A stretch of 20,000 nucleotides of DNA from an uncultured virus (IMG/VR IMGVR_UViG_3300010157_000055) (IMGVR_UViG_3300010157_000055); one strand, 5' to 3'. Numbered from the stretch's first letter, positions 1 through 8,956 are shown. Made by a program: numbers and translations. The notes: generated by a model not told the origin, from the sequence alone.

Positions 1-1
1 G

Positions 2-241
2 AAACAGTTGACCAGTGATTTAAGTCGTATGGGCTATAACGCATCCAACAATGTGGATGCTGTCCGACAACTCATTTCCACTTTCAAAGCAAAAAACAAA
101 AATCTAGTAGCCGATGTCAATAACGATCAAGTTATGTTAACAACTGTACCAACTGCTGATAATCAAGACAAGGTAGAACAAGACAAAGAAAAAGTCAGCA
201 AAGATGCAGTCGGTCAAGCAAGAAAGGCACTGGGACTATGA
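2..241 (+). CDS. Hypothetical protein, 3' part (frame is open from the window edge)
   Basis: Frame is open from position 2 to TGA at 239-241, overlapping the next ATG (ATGA coupling). No recognisable motif. Confidence 0.6.
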   Translation, partial: KQLTSDLSRMGYNASNNVDAVRQLISTFKAKNKNLVADVNNDQVMLTTVPTADNQDKVEQDKEKVSKDAVGQARKALGL

Positions 242-588
242 GTAGAATAATGTTAACTGCCGGTGAGGCCAGAGTTAAATCTTTACAAGATATTATTGTT
301 ATTCGAGAAATCCGAGATATCGAAGAAGCAATTATTGAAGCAAGTTCAGACGGTGCCATGTCAGTAATACTTGGCATTACTACCACAATGGCCAAGCCAA
401 CTGCAAGTGCTCCTGGTTATGCAGTGGCCGCAGAATATTTTAATACATGGCAAGGTGATAGAGACGATCGTCAAAAGACTTTGCAAATGAACAAGGTGGT
501 TCAATACTTCAGCGACCTTGGATACACAATTGATCGACAAACCAATTTGGTATCAAATGCCACATTCCAGTGGTACATCAGCTGGTAA
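238..588 (+). CDS. Hypothetical phage protein (116 aa)
   Basis: ORF with an ATGA overlap to the previous gene, ending just before a promoter. No motif recognised. Confidence 0.75.
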   Translation: MSRIMLTAGEARVKSLQDIIVIREIRDIEEAIIEASSDGAMSVILGITTTMAKPTASAPGYAVAAEYFNTWQGDRDDRQKTLQMNKVVQYFSDLGYTIDRQTNLVSNATFQWYISW

Positions 589-596
589 AATAGTCA

Positions 597-625
597 TTGA
601 CATCTGTCGTTGTTTCGTTTATACT
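597..625 (+). promoter_or_regulatory. Sigma70-type promoter TTGACA-N17-TATACT
   Basis: TTGACA at 597-602, 17-nt spacer, TATACT at 620-625. The ATG at 634 is only 8 nt downstream, so the mRNA would be nearly leaderless. Confidence 0.8.
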
Positions 626-633
626 AAACGACA

Positions 634-1302
634 ATGATAACTTTTAATCCCAAATACAAATACGAAAAATTAACTAGGATTGATGGTCCTAGCCGTCTTT
701 ATGCTACTCCCGATGGTTCTCGGGTTCCTAGTGTAACAACAATCCTGAGTGGCACCGCAGACAAAACATTCTTAATTGAATGGCGCAAGCGTGTAGGTGA
801 TGCAGAGGCAACTCGCATCAGTACAGAAAGTGCCGGACTTGGGACACTGGTTCACAAGCATGTTGAAAACTTTATAGAAGGCATAGAACGACCACCGGGT
901 AGTACTCCTATTCATGTGCTGGCCCGTAGCATGTCTGATATGATCATCAATCAAGGACTTCCAGGTGTTGATGAAGTATGGGGCATGGAAGCAAGTCTTT
1001 ACTACCCTGGCTTGTATGCTGGCACCACAGACTTGTGCGGTGTGTACAAGGGCAAGCCCAGTATTATGGACCATAAGACTGCTAAGAAAATGAAGAAGCC
1101 CGAGTGGATGCAGGATTATTTTATCCAAACTACAGCATACGCATTGGCACACAATGAAGTACATGGCACTGACATCCAACAAGGTGTGCTGTTTATGGCT
1201 GATAGAGAAGGTGCATACGAAACATTCATCATCGAAGGTGCAGAATTTAAACACTACAGCGACCTCTGGTTGCAACGAGTTGAACAGTACTACAAACTGT
1301 AA
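634..1302 (+). CDS. PD-(D/E)XK-superfamily exonuclease (MGME1/RecB-like phage exonuclease)
   Basis: Motifs PSVTTIL, GTLVH, E, YAGTTD, MDHKT and QTTAYALA match the family pattern. Confidence 0.85.
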   Translation: MITFNPKYKYEKLTRIDGPSRLYATPDGSRVPSVTTILSGTADKTFLIEWRKRVGDAEATRISTESAGLGTLVHKHVENFIEGIERPPGSTPIHVLARSMSDMIINQGLPGVDEVWGMEASLYYPGLYAGTTDLCGVYKGKPSIMDHKTAKKMKKPEWMQDYFIQTTAYALAHNEVHGTDIQQGVLFMADREGAYETFIIEGAEFKHYSDLWLQRVEQYYKL

Positions 1303-1313
1303 TAAGTAGTACC

Positions 1314-1760
1314 GTGGAACATAGAACCCTAGAACATTGGTTCCTTGACAAGCAAGGAAAGTTATCAGCCTGGCGCGAGTGGAGACAACAGTTATCTGCA
1401 ATGGATACTGAATCTGCTTACAACGAAGCCGCTACCTGGTGGAAATTTGTTCCTTTAGTAAACAAAACCTTTGATCCTTGGAGAGAAGAAACTTGGCCTG
1501 ATCCTTGGTCATTGGTGGGCAATGGAAGTTTTTGTCCCAATGCACAAGGCCTTGGAATTTTTTATAGCCTAGTATTAACCAGCATAGATTGCGAGTTAAT
1601 GCTGGTTATTTTGGAAGACAAACCTCGGCTTATGGTATTACTACCAAACAAAACTTTGTTAAATTATTATGACGGAGAAACAGTTGACATGAAAAATGCA
1701 GACTTCCAAATTTTAAAAACATGGACGTCTAGCGACCTGGCTAGGCTGGTTAAAGTGTAA
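1314..1760 (+). CDS. Hypothetical protein, possibly a degenerate transglutaminase-like fold
   Basis: 148-aa ORF with GTG start. WPDPWSLVGNGSFC resembles the W..P..L..G.GDC segment of transglutaminase-like Cys proteases (weak). Confidence 0.7.
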   Translation: MEHRTLEHWFLDKQGKLSAWREWRQQLSAMDTESAYNEAATWWKFVPLVNKTFDPWREETWPDPWSLVGNGSFCPNAQGLGIFYSLVLTSIDCELMLVILEDKPRLMVLLPNKTLLNYYDGETVDMKNADFQILKTWTSSDLARLVKV

Positions 1761-1772
1761 AGATATTACGTC

Positions 1773-1817
1773 AGTGGTCCTGGTTAAGTATTTGACCGTT
1801 TTATGACTAGGAGCACT
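1773..1817 (+). promoter_or_regulatory. Hairpin sequestering the nrdA Shine-Dalgarno, containing a TTAAGTA promoter-like motif
   Basis: agtggtcctggtta (1773-1786) pairs with tgactaggagcact (1804-1817), 13 of 14 pairs including G-U. AGGAG at 1809-1813 is in the stem; TTAAGTA is at 1784-1790. Confidence 0.55.
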
Positions 1818-1824
1818 ACAAACA

Positions 1825-4158
1825 ATGGATAATCAAATAAGAGATATGAGCAAAAGTATAATAAATGTTGTAAAGAGAGATGGACACCGAGAGCCATTAG
1901 ATATAAACAAAATCCATTTGATGGTAGAAGAGGCATGCGAAGGGTTAACTGGAGTCAGCGTAAGTCAAATTGAAATGAATGCAGATTTGCAGTTCAATGA
2001 TGGCATTACCACTGCTGACATCCAAGAAATTCTTGTGCGTAGTGCTAGCGATTTAATTAGTCTAGACAAGCCAAAATATCAGTATGCCGCGGCCCGTTTA
2101 TTGCTATACGGTTTACGCAAAGATGTATTTGGACAATTTGATTATATCCCATTGTATGATCTAGTTAAGAAGAATGTTGAGCGTGGTGTATATGATGCTG
2201 AATTGTTGACTCAATATACCGAAGCAGAATGGCGTCAGCTAGATGTCTATATCAATCACGAACGCGACTTAGAATTCACCTACGCTGGCATGCGCCAAGT
2301 TGTGGACAAGTATCTGGTTCAAGATCGTAGCAATGGTTGTGTGTTTGAAACTCCACAGTACATGTACATGATGATTGCGGCAACATTGTTTGCCACCTAT
2401 CCAGCTGACAAGCGCCTGAGTTATATTCGTCGTTACTATGATGCAATTTCTACATTTAAAATTAATATTCCTACTCCTGTAATGAGCGGAGTGCGTACTC
2501 CTATTCGACAATTTGCCAGTTGTGTGCTGGTTGATGTTGATGACACATTACCTAGTATCTTCAATAGTTCTACCGCCGTTGGTTATTACATTGCACAACG
2601 AGCTGGCATTGGTCTAAATCTTGGTCGCATTCGTGCCATCAATTCAAAGATTCGCGGCGGCGAAGTGGCACACACTGGTGTTGTCCCCTTCTTAAAAGTA
2701 TTTGAGTCAGTGGTGCGTAGCTGTACACAAAATGGTGTGCGTGGCGGAAGTGCCACTGTGCATTTCCCAATTTGGCACAAAGAAATTGAAGACATACTGG
2801 TGTTGAAGAACAACAAAGGAACAGAAGATAATCGTGTTCGCAAGTTGGACTATTCAATCCAGTTAAGCAAACTTTTCTATGAGCGACTAATTACCGATGG
2901 TGATATCACATTGTTCTCACCACATGATGTTCCTGGCCTGTACGAAGCATTTGGCAACAACGATGTATTTGATGCGCTGTATGTAAAATACGAAAACAAT
3001 TCTAAGATTCCAAAGAAGACTGTGAAGGCCATGACATTGTTTGGACAGATGCTGAAAGAAAGAGCAGAAACCGGCCGCATCTATATCATGAACATTGACC
3101 ACTGTAACAGTCACAGTAGCTTTCAAGATATGATTCGCATGAGTAACCTGTGTCAAGAAATTACATTGCCAACAGATCCAATTCAATCCATGGATGATGT
3201 TGAAGGAGAAATTGCCCTTTGTATTCTGAGTGCAATCAATGTTGGCAATCTAAGAGAGTTGGATGATCTTAAAAACCTAACAGAACTTGCTGTTCGTGCG
3301 CTGGATCAGATCATTGACTATCAGCGTTATCCAGTTGTGGCCGCAGAACGCAGTACCAAGGCTCGTCGCAGTCTTGGAATTGGTTACATTGGCATGGCAC
3401 ATTACCTGGCCAAGAAAGGTTTGAAGTACAGCGACCCAGAAGCCGCCCGGTCAGTCAATCGTTTAACGGAAGCATTCCAGTATTACTTGATCAAGGCCAG
3501 TGTGCAGTTGGCCAAGGAAAAAGGCCCATGTGAATTCTTTGACCGTACAAAATACAGCCAGGGCATTTTACCAGTTGACACATACAAGCGTGAAGTTGAT
3601 GAGTTTCTTGGAACTGAGTTACATTACGATTGGGAAGCCCTACGCAGAGAAGTTGCAGAGCATGGCATGCGTCACAGCACACTGAGCGCACAAATGCCCA
3701 GTGAATCAAGTAGTGTGGCCAGCAATGAAACAAACGGTATTGAGCCACCGCGTGCCGCAATGAGTACAAAGAAGAGCAAGAAAGGCCCGTTGAAACAAAT
3801 TGTTCCTCAATATAATTCATTGAAAAATGATTATTCATATCTGTATGAAGAAGGTGTCAATGATGGTTACATTCGTATTGTAGCCGCAATGCAAAAATAC
3901 TTTGATCAAGCAATTTCAGGAAATTGGTCATACAATCCAAAACACTACCCAGACAACGAAGTACCAATGAGTGTGATGTTCACTGATCTACTGACCACAT
4001 ATAAATTGGGTTGGAAAACCAGTTACTACCAGAATACATACGACATGAAAGGTGAAGATGAAGATAACATACAATCTGTGTCAGACACTCATCATAATTT
4101 ACAACCAACACTATTGATACCCGATAGTGATGAAGCTTGCGAAGCTTGCACAATTTAA
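1825..4158 (+). CDS. nrdA: Ribonucleoside-diphosphate reductase class Ia alpha subunit
   Basis: N-terminal ATP-cone (VVKRDG), PTPVM, QFASCVL, SCTQNGVRGG, SNLCQEI active-site loop, KTSYY tyrosine pair and C-terminal CEAC. Confidence 0.98.
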   Translation: MDNQIRDMSKSIINVVKRDGHREPLDINKIHLMVEEACEGLTGVSVSQIEMNADLQFNDGITTADIQEILVRSASDLISLDKPKYQYAAARLLLYGLRKDVFGQFDYIPLYDLVKKNVERGVYDAELLTQYTEAEWRQLDVYINHERDLEFTYAGMRQVVDKYLVQDRSNGCVFETPQYMYMMIAATLFATYPADKRLSYIRRYYDAISTFKINIPTPVMSGVRTPIRQFASCVLVDVDDTLPSIFNSSTAVGYYIAQRAGIGLNLGRIRAINSKIRGGEVAHTGVVPFLKVFESVVRSCTQNGVRGGSATVHFPIWHKEIEDILVLKNNKGTEDNRVRKLDYSIQLSKLFYERLITDGDITLFSPHDVPGLYEAFGNNDVFDALYVKYENNSKIPKKTVKAMTLFGQMLKERAETGRIYIMNIDHCNSHSSFQDMIRMSNLCQEITLPTDPIQSMDDVEGEIALCILSAINVGNLRELDDLKNLTELAVRALDQIIDYQRYPVVAAERSTKARRSLGIGYIGMAHYLAKKGLKYSDPEAARSVNRLTEAFQYYLIKASVQLAKEKGPCEFFDRTKYSQGILPVDTYKREVDEFLGTELHYDWEALRREVAEHGMRHSTLSAQMPSESSSVASNETNGIEPPRAAMSTKKSKKGPLKQIVPQYNSLKNDYSYLYEEGVNDGYIRIVAAMQKYFDQAISGNWSYNPKHYPDNEVPMSVMFTDLLTTYKLGWKTSYYQNTYDMKGEDEDNIQSVSDTHHNLQPTLLIPDSDEACEACTI

Positions 4159-4166
4159 GGATGCAG

Positions 4167-5267
4167 ATGTCAGCGACCGTTTTTAATCAGAATAAAGTAG
4201 ACTTTACCAAACAACCTATGTTTTTTGGCGAGGCCCTAAATGCCCAGCGGTTTGATGTATTCAAGTATCCGGTGTTTGATAAACTCACACAAACACAGCT
4301 TGGATACTTTTGGAGACCCGAAGAAGTGAGTTTGCAAAAAGATCGTAGTGACTACATGGACTTCCGTGATGAACAGAAGTTTATTTTCACTGCCAATCTA
4401 AAGTATCAAATACTGCTTGACAGCGTACAAGGTCGTGCGCCAGCAATGGCATTCATGCCATATTGTTCGTTGCCTGAACTTGAAGGATGCATGAACGCAT
4501 GGCAATTCTTTGAAAACATTCACAGCAGATCATACACACACATCATTAAAAATGTTTACAGTGATCCAAGCGAAGTATTTGATACCATGCTGGATGATGA
4601 GAAAATTATTGCCAGAGCCAAATCAGTGACCAAATCATACGATGAGTTCATTGCCGCGGCACAGCAATTTACAGTGACAGGCAAAGGTTCCATGCGAGAT
4701 GTCAAGAAGAAGCTGTTCTTGGCCATGGTAAATGTAAACGCACTTGAAGCACTTAGATTTTTTGTCAGCTTTGCATGTAGCTTTGCATTTGGCGAACTGA
4801 AGAAAATGGAAGGCTCTGCTAAAATTATTAGTTTGATTGCCCGAGACGAAAGTCAACATTTAAGCATTACTAGCCATATCATTAAAAATTGGCAAAGAGG
4901 CGATGACCCAGAAATGCAAGAAATTGCACAAGAAAATTATTCGGCCATTGGTGAAATCTATGACCAAGTTGTTGCTGAAGAAAAAGATTGGGCAGACCAT
5001 TTGTTTAGCCGCGGAGCCATTGTTGGTTTAAATGAACGCCTATTACACCAGTATGTTGAATATATTGGTAATCGCCGCCTTAAAGGGCTAGGAGTTGAAC
5101 AACGATATGACCGAAGTGCTAACGATAATCCGTTACCTTGGACAGAGCATTGGACAAGTAGCAAGGGACTTCAAGTGGCCCCACAAGAAACCGAAATTGA
5201 AAGTTATGTCATTGGAGGAATTAAGCAAGATGTTAGCAAAAGTACCTTCGCCGGCTTCAAGCTCTGA
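4167..5267 (+). CDS. nrdB: Ribonucleoside-diphosphate reductase class Ia beta subunit
   Basis: FWRPEEV, LLDSVQGR, ENIHSRSYTHI (radical Tyr), RFFVSFAC, RDESQH, VAPQETEIESY. Start is probably 4161 or 4167 after AAGGA, rather than 4137. Confidence 0.97.
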   Translation: MSATVFNQNKVDFTKQPMFFGEALNAQRFDVFKYPVFDKLTQTQLGYFWRPEEVSLQKDRSDYMDFRDEQKFIFTANLKYQILLDSVQGRAPAMAFMPYCSLPELEGCMNAWQFFENIHSRSYTHIIKNVYSDPSEVFDTMLDDEKIIARAKSVTKSYDEFIAAAQQFTVTGKGSMRDVKKKLFLAMVNVNALEALRFFVSFACSFAFGELKKMEGSAKIISLIARDESQHLSITSHIIKNWQRGDDPEMQEIAQENYSAIGEIYDQVVAEEKDWADHLFSRGAIVGLNERLLHQYVEYIGNRRLKGLGVEQRYDRSANDNPLPWTEHWTSSKGLQVAPQETEIESYVIGGIKQDVSKSTFAGFKL

Positions 5268-5514
5268 GTTTTCTGAACTATATACAATGGAAGGTTGTGC
5301 GGCTTGCAAAAGCTCTATAACCAAACTTATTGATGCAGGGTATGAATTTGATATTATTCACTACACTGATGAAAGTTCAACCCGATGTAATCGGGTGTGG
5401 GAACATAGACTAGGAAAGAATCCAAATAGTGTTCCACAGTTTTGGTACAAAGGCCAATACATTGGCGGTAGTGTTGAAATTGCAAAATTTATAAAGGATA
5501 ATGATGTTACTTGA
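5230..5514 (+). CDS. Glutaredoxin-like protein (CAAC active site); start uncertain
   Basis: ELYTMEGCAAC, SVPQFW and YIGG are glutaredoxin motifs, and the gene is adjacent to nrdAB. In-frame ATG at 5230 follows GGAGG (5214-5218). Confidence 0.8.
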   Translation: MLAKVPSPASSSEFSELYTMEGCAACKSSITKLIDAGYEFDIIHYTDESSTRCNRVWEHRLGKNPNSVPQFWYKGQYIGGSVEIAKFIKDNDVT

Positions 5515-5821
5515 TATTAAGAAAAATGGCGATGTAATAAGTTTAAAAATGAGTTCAGGTGAAGAACTCATTGGAATGTATGTTGAAGAAGACAATGCCA
5601 ACTACACAATTGATCGTCCAGTTACATTGACTGTTGGCCCCAAAGGTGGTCCAGCACTGACTCCTTACCTTATGACTGTTAGTCCAGATAGGACTAGAAA
5701 TTTAAAAATCAACAAGAATCTTGTTGTCACAGTAGCATCAACTGACACGCAATTGGCTGATCAGTATACTTCTGCTTTGAGCGGAATACAAGTGGCACCA
5801 AAAGGCATGGTCTTCAACTAA
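5501..5821 (+). CDS. Phage Sm-like (LSm-fold) domain protein
   Basis: VISLKMSSGEELIG...IDRP...LTPY pattern resembles Sm-like proteins of T4-like phages. Confidence 0.6.
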   Translation: MMLLDIKKNGDVISLKMSSGEELIGMYVEEDNANYTIDRPVTLTVGPKGGPALTPYLMTVSPDRTRNLKINKNLVVTVASTDTQLADQYTSALSGIQVAPKGMVFN

Positions 5822-5822
5822 A

Positions 5823-6077
5823 ATGACAGCCGTACACAGATTAGGAGATCCCAATGAGGATAACGGTATAATTACAAGTATCCCTCAGGGAACTGTCTTT
5901 GCAAACGAACTCTTAATCAGTATTGATGGCAGTGATGTTGAAAATGAACCAAATACAGCCAACGGTAGCCCTACTGTTTTTATTGGTGGCATCCCAGTAA
6001 ACCGACAGGGTGACGAAGATGAAAGCGGTAGCAGGCGAGCTGAGGGCAGTGGAAATGTGTTTGTAGGACCCGACTAA
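5823..6077 (+). CDS. PAAR-like baseplate spike tip protein (T4 gp5.4-like)
   Basis: Repeated pattern AVHRLGD / TVFAN..ISIDG / GSPTVFIGGIPVNRQGD / GSGNVFVG. Confidence 0.85.
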   Translation: MTAVHRLGDPNEDNGIITSIPQGTVFANELLISIDGSDVENEPNTANGSPTVFIGGIPVNRQGDEDESGSRRAEGSGNVFVGPD

Positions 6078-6093
6078 TATTTTGTAAAACTTC

Positions 6094-6101
6094 TATAAAT
6101 A
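6094..6101 (+). promoter_or_regulatory. T4-type late promoter motif TATAAATA
   Basis: Exact T4 late consensus in the intergenic gap before the M15 peptidase gene. Confidence 0.6.
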
Positions 6102-6128
6102 TAGGTTTAGAAATGGGAGTTTTATTCA

Positions 6129-6797
6129 ATGTGTTCAGTAAAGCCAACAGATACCGGAGCCAGACAAACTACAGAATCGGGTCAGATTTTTTACCCTGAT
6201 ACTCCTTCTGGCCATGCCGCAGCCACTGAAGATATGAAAGCAGCCGGAGGTGGTGGAGACAAAGGACACCCACCTGATAATACACCTCCACCAACCGATT
6301 TTACTGATTGTTCAACATATTCAGATGATAAATGGGATACAGGCTGTAGTAAAAATTTCCGTTTTTCCCAAATGAAATATAAGCCAGTTGATGGACAAGG
6401 AAGTGCGCCAAAAGCAGACTTGGCATGCAATTGGCAAAAATTATGTCAACAATGTTTAGACCCAATCAAAGCACAGTTTCCTGGTATGGCCATTAATTCT
6501 GGATATCGCACACTGGCATATGACGCCACATTAGGTGGCACAGGAAAGGGCGATCACACATATGGTAAAGCCGCTGATATTTCTCTAGGCGGTCCAGAAG
6601 GTGCCAAACAAATGTTCAAATGGATTAGAGCAAACAACATACCATATAGCCAATTGATATTTGAAAATAATTGGGTACATATATCTCTGGGCGGTGGCTC
6701 TAATGCGGCGTCAGCGGTCGGAGTCACTAGAACAGGTACTGCACCATATCAATGGTATGCTAAAAATGCAACAAACTTGCCACCTGACCTAGCATAA
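6129..6797 (+). CDS. Peptidase M15A-family Zn peptidoglycan peptidase with Pro/Gly-rich N-terminal extension
   Basis: INSGYRT, DHTYGKAADI (H-x6-D) and WVHIS give the Zn ligands of the M15 fold. Confidence 0.85.
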   Translation: MCSVKPTDTGARQTTESGQIFYPDTPSGHAAATEDMKAAGGGGDKGHPPDNTPPPTDFTDCSTYSDDKWDTGCSKNFRFSQMKYKPVDGQGSAPKADLACNWQKLCQQCLDPIKAQFPGMAINSGYRTLAYDATLGGTGKGDHTYGKAADISLGGPEGAKQMFKWIRANNIPYSQLIFENNWVHISLGGGSNAASAVGVTRTGTAPYQWYAKNATNLPPDLA

Positions 6798-6807
6798 GTA
6801 TCATACC

Positions 6808-8634
6808 ATGGCAGACATTCCAGTTATACCCGGCGTTTCAGTTACCCCAATGGGGATACTCAATAGACCAATCAAAGACATCATTTGTGCTATCCTTTTT
6901 GGTGGCATCAATAACATGCTCAAAGGAAATTTACTTTGTGTAAATTTAGACTTGGAAAAATTGTTAGATGAACCAATTGTTGCAGACATAAAAGCCGAGT
7001 TGACAGATCTAAAGAATGAACTCAAGGCCATGGAAGAAGCGTCTGGTATCAAAGATGTGCTTGGCCGAGTCAATCAGGGCATCGCTGAAGTTCAAAATCT
7101 ACTGGCACTGGATGGCTTATGTAAAATTCCACTGAAGTGTCCTCCGATACCCGACATCCTGAACATGACCATTGACGCAGAGTTTGCCACTGCCAATGCA
7201 ATTTTGGATGATATTGGTAGATTAGAAAAACCAAAATTATGTATCAATGGTGCTGGTGGTCTCAATACTGGTTCATACAATCCCAGTAGCATCTTGGGTA
7301 GAATACAAAGCAACATTACCAGACTGGGAACTATTCCTGGTCATGAATTAGACATATTAAAAAGACAATTGACACGAGTGACTGCTGGACTAAAGGCCAG
7401 TCTCAATAGACAGTTGTTTCCAGATTTCAGACACAAGACAGATTTGACAACAGGCAGGCCATATGCTAAAGGTGGTGCTGGTGTAATACTGGCCAGTGCC
7501 GCTGAACAGACCAAACTGAAGGCCAAGATTGCCGCTGACTCAGCATCGCCTGCAGGCCTACTGGCATGGCAACAGGTAGCAAACATGCCTGGAGCATCTG
7601 CCGCGGATATTCAAGCATCATATCCGCCAGGTGACGCCAGTCTAAAAGATGCAGTCAACATAGCACAGACTCTGGTAGGTGGAATGAAAAAGACTGCCAG
7701 TTATCCTTCCACAGCCAATGGAATTATAAATGCAAACATGTGGCCCGGTGTGTTGGGTCCAGACATATATGCTATGGCAGTACAGGCAATGAGTCCACAG
7801 GACCCGCTATTTGTACAACAAGATCCACTGTATGATTATTGCGGTAAGTTCATTGGATACAATGAAACAGTTATAACCGGCGACTCTGCATACAAAGGTG
7901 GCGACCCAAAGAAAGATGCTGTATTGAATCCACCCAAAACAAACTTTGAATTCAATTGGATCGCAGATAGACAATGTTGGGCAGTCACTGGCGTACAAAG
8001 CGAGCAAGTGGTAAATGGAAGAAAGGACACTTATCTAGATGCAAATCCAGAAATTGAATTGCATCGAGGGTATAGTCATATTCTAAGTGTGCCAAGTGCT
8101 GACATCAGTGGATTCGTTATGAGTGGCGACTATCCAACAGCAACTAGTACGGCTCCAGAATTTTTTATATGTCGAGTTGGAAACGATCTAAGGCCACTGA
8201 TTGCCAATGGCGAAATTGTCAAGTTCAACATGGGACTAAGCAGACTTGAGACATCAGAAGTATTGGACAATGCCAATGGTTGGCTACCAAGTGAAACAGA
8301 ACATGCGGGTATTGATGGTCCAGAAGGATACAATCGTAGATTAGAAAACCCAATGGGTACCACATTGTATTTTTCAGTCGAACAACGACAATACTCGGGT
8401 ACTGTTCCTCCGCTGTACCCAAGCAAGGACATTTGGTGGTATAATCCAACCACTCTTATAACACAACAGTGGATACCAGATGGCGAGGCCAGTGGTCAAT
8501 GGGTTGTAGTATCTGATCAGGATAGAAACAATCATTGGTATGGATCAAGTCCTTTGCAGAGCGATATAAGTGCAAACTATCTGGCCTACAGTAATCGAAA
8601 TGGTTCAGTTTTTGGCCTATTAAAATTAATTTGA
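6808..8634 (+). CDS. Large hypothetical protein, probably virion-structural (608 aa)
   Basis: Long ORF after the PAAR and M15 genes, preceded by ATAAGTA. Helical N-terminal half; NPEIELHRG and PSKDIWWYNP segments recall phage tail/structural proteins. Confidence 0.7.
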   Translation: MADIPVIPGVSVTPMGILNRPIKDIICAILFGGINNMLKGNLLCVNLDLEKLLDEPIVADIKAELTDLKNELKAMEEASGIKDVLGRVNQGIAEVQNLLALDGLCKIPLKCPPIPDILNMTIDAEFATANAILDDIGRLEKPKLCINGAGGLNTGSYNPSSILGRIQSNITRLGTIPGHELDILKRQLTRVTAGLKASLNRQLFPDFRHKTDLTTGRPYAKGGAGVILASAAEQTKLKAKIAADSASPAGLLAWQQVANMPGASAADIQASYPPGDASLKDAVNIAQTLVGGMKKTASYPSTANGIINANMWPGVLGPDIYAMAVQAMSPQDPLFVQQDPLYDYCGKFIGYNETVITGDSAYKGGDPKKDAVLNPPKTNFEFNWIADRQCWAVTGVQSEQVVNGRKDTYLDANPEIELHRGYSHILSVPSADISGFVMSGDYPTATSTAPEFFICRVGNDLRPLIANGEIVKFNMGLSRLETSEVLDNANGWLPSETEHAGIDGPEGYNRRLENPMGTTLYFSVEQRQYSGTVPPLYPSKDIWWYNPTTLITQQWIPDGEASGQWVVVSDQDRNNHWYGSSPLQSDISANYLAYSNRNGSVFGLLKLI

Positions 8635-8659
8635 CAAGCCGATCAAATAAGTATATACT
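8631..8659 (+). promoter_or_regulatory. Sigma70 promoter for the tmRNA (TTGACA-N17-TATACT) with embedded ATAAGTA motif
   Basis: TTGACA at 8631-8636, TATACT at 8654-8659, ATAAGTA at 8647-8653. Confidence 0.8.
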
Positions 8660-8665
8660 GTAAGT

Positions 8666-8956
8666 TATTGCTGTATGAAGCAAAGAGAAAAGTGTTCTGG
8701 ACGGGGGTGCGAATCCCCCCAGGTCCACCATAAGCACATAGTTGTCCTAGATGAAAGAAACCTCTTAGGGCTCTAGTGGGGATTGTGTGCTTTTGATGGG
8801 CCTGACCTAGATTCGACAGGGCAACAAGTAACAGAGTGGACAGCACGACAGCGATAGTCGTAAAAACTAAACAAAAGTAACCGCAAACGACTCACAGTTC
8901 GCATTAGCGGCCTAACAGCCACTTAGGGTAAGACATACCTCGTAACAGAAACTCAG
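8666..8956 (+). ncRNA. ssrA: Circularly permuted two-piece tmRNA; tag peptide (A)ANDSQFALAA
   Basis: The acceptor piece has T-arm GGGGG-TGCGAAT-CCCCC and ends CAGGTCC-A-CCA at 8730. After a 67-nt intervening hairpin, the coding piece begins GGGCCTG at 8798, giving a 7-bp acceptor stem with G3-U70, followed by GATTCGAC. The tag frame is 8883-8915. Outer boundaries are approximate. Confidence 0.95.

Noticed and set aside
634..1302. Cas4 / CRISPR adaptation nuclease
   Set aside because: It lacks the four-Cys Fe-S cluster motif and there is no cas gene or array context, so it is called a generic PD-(D/E)XK exonuclease.
772..1401. 209-aa minus-strand ORF (likewise 9548-10228 and the other antisense ORFs in the track)
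   Set aside because: They lie opposite well-supported + strand genes and have no motifs or evident RBS.
4132..4149. Tandem repeat GAAGCTTGC x2
   Set aside because: It simply encodes EACEAC, the NrdA C-terminal redox cysteine pair.
1825..5267. Intein, group I intron or homing endonuclease in nrdA/nrdB
   Set aside because: Both ORFs are continuous and of normal class Ia length, with only a few bases between them.
5259..5270. prfB-like +1 frameshift (CTC TGA G) fusing NrdB to the glutaredoxin
   Set aside because: Re-pairing from CUC to UCU is poor, no SD is positioned just upstream, and the free NrdB C-terminus is needed to bind NrdA.
8456..8846. Minus-strand ORFs 8456-8737 and 8643-8846
   Set aside because: They are antisense to the tmRNA and the 608-aa gene, so they are treated as shadow ORFs.
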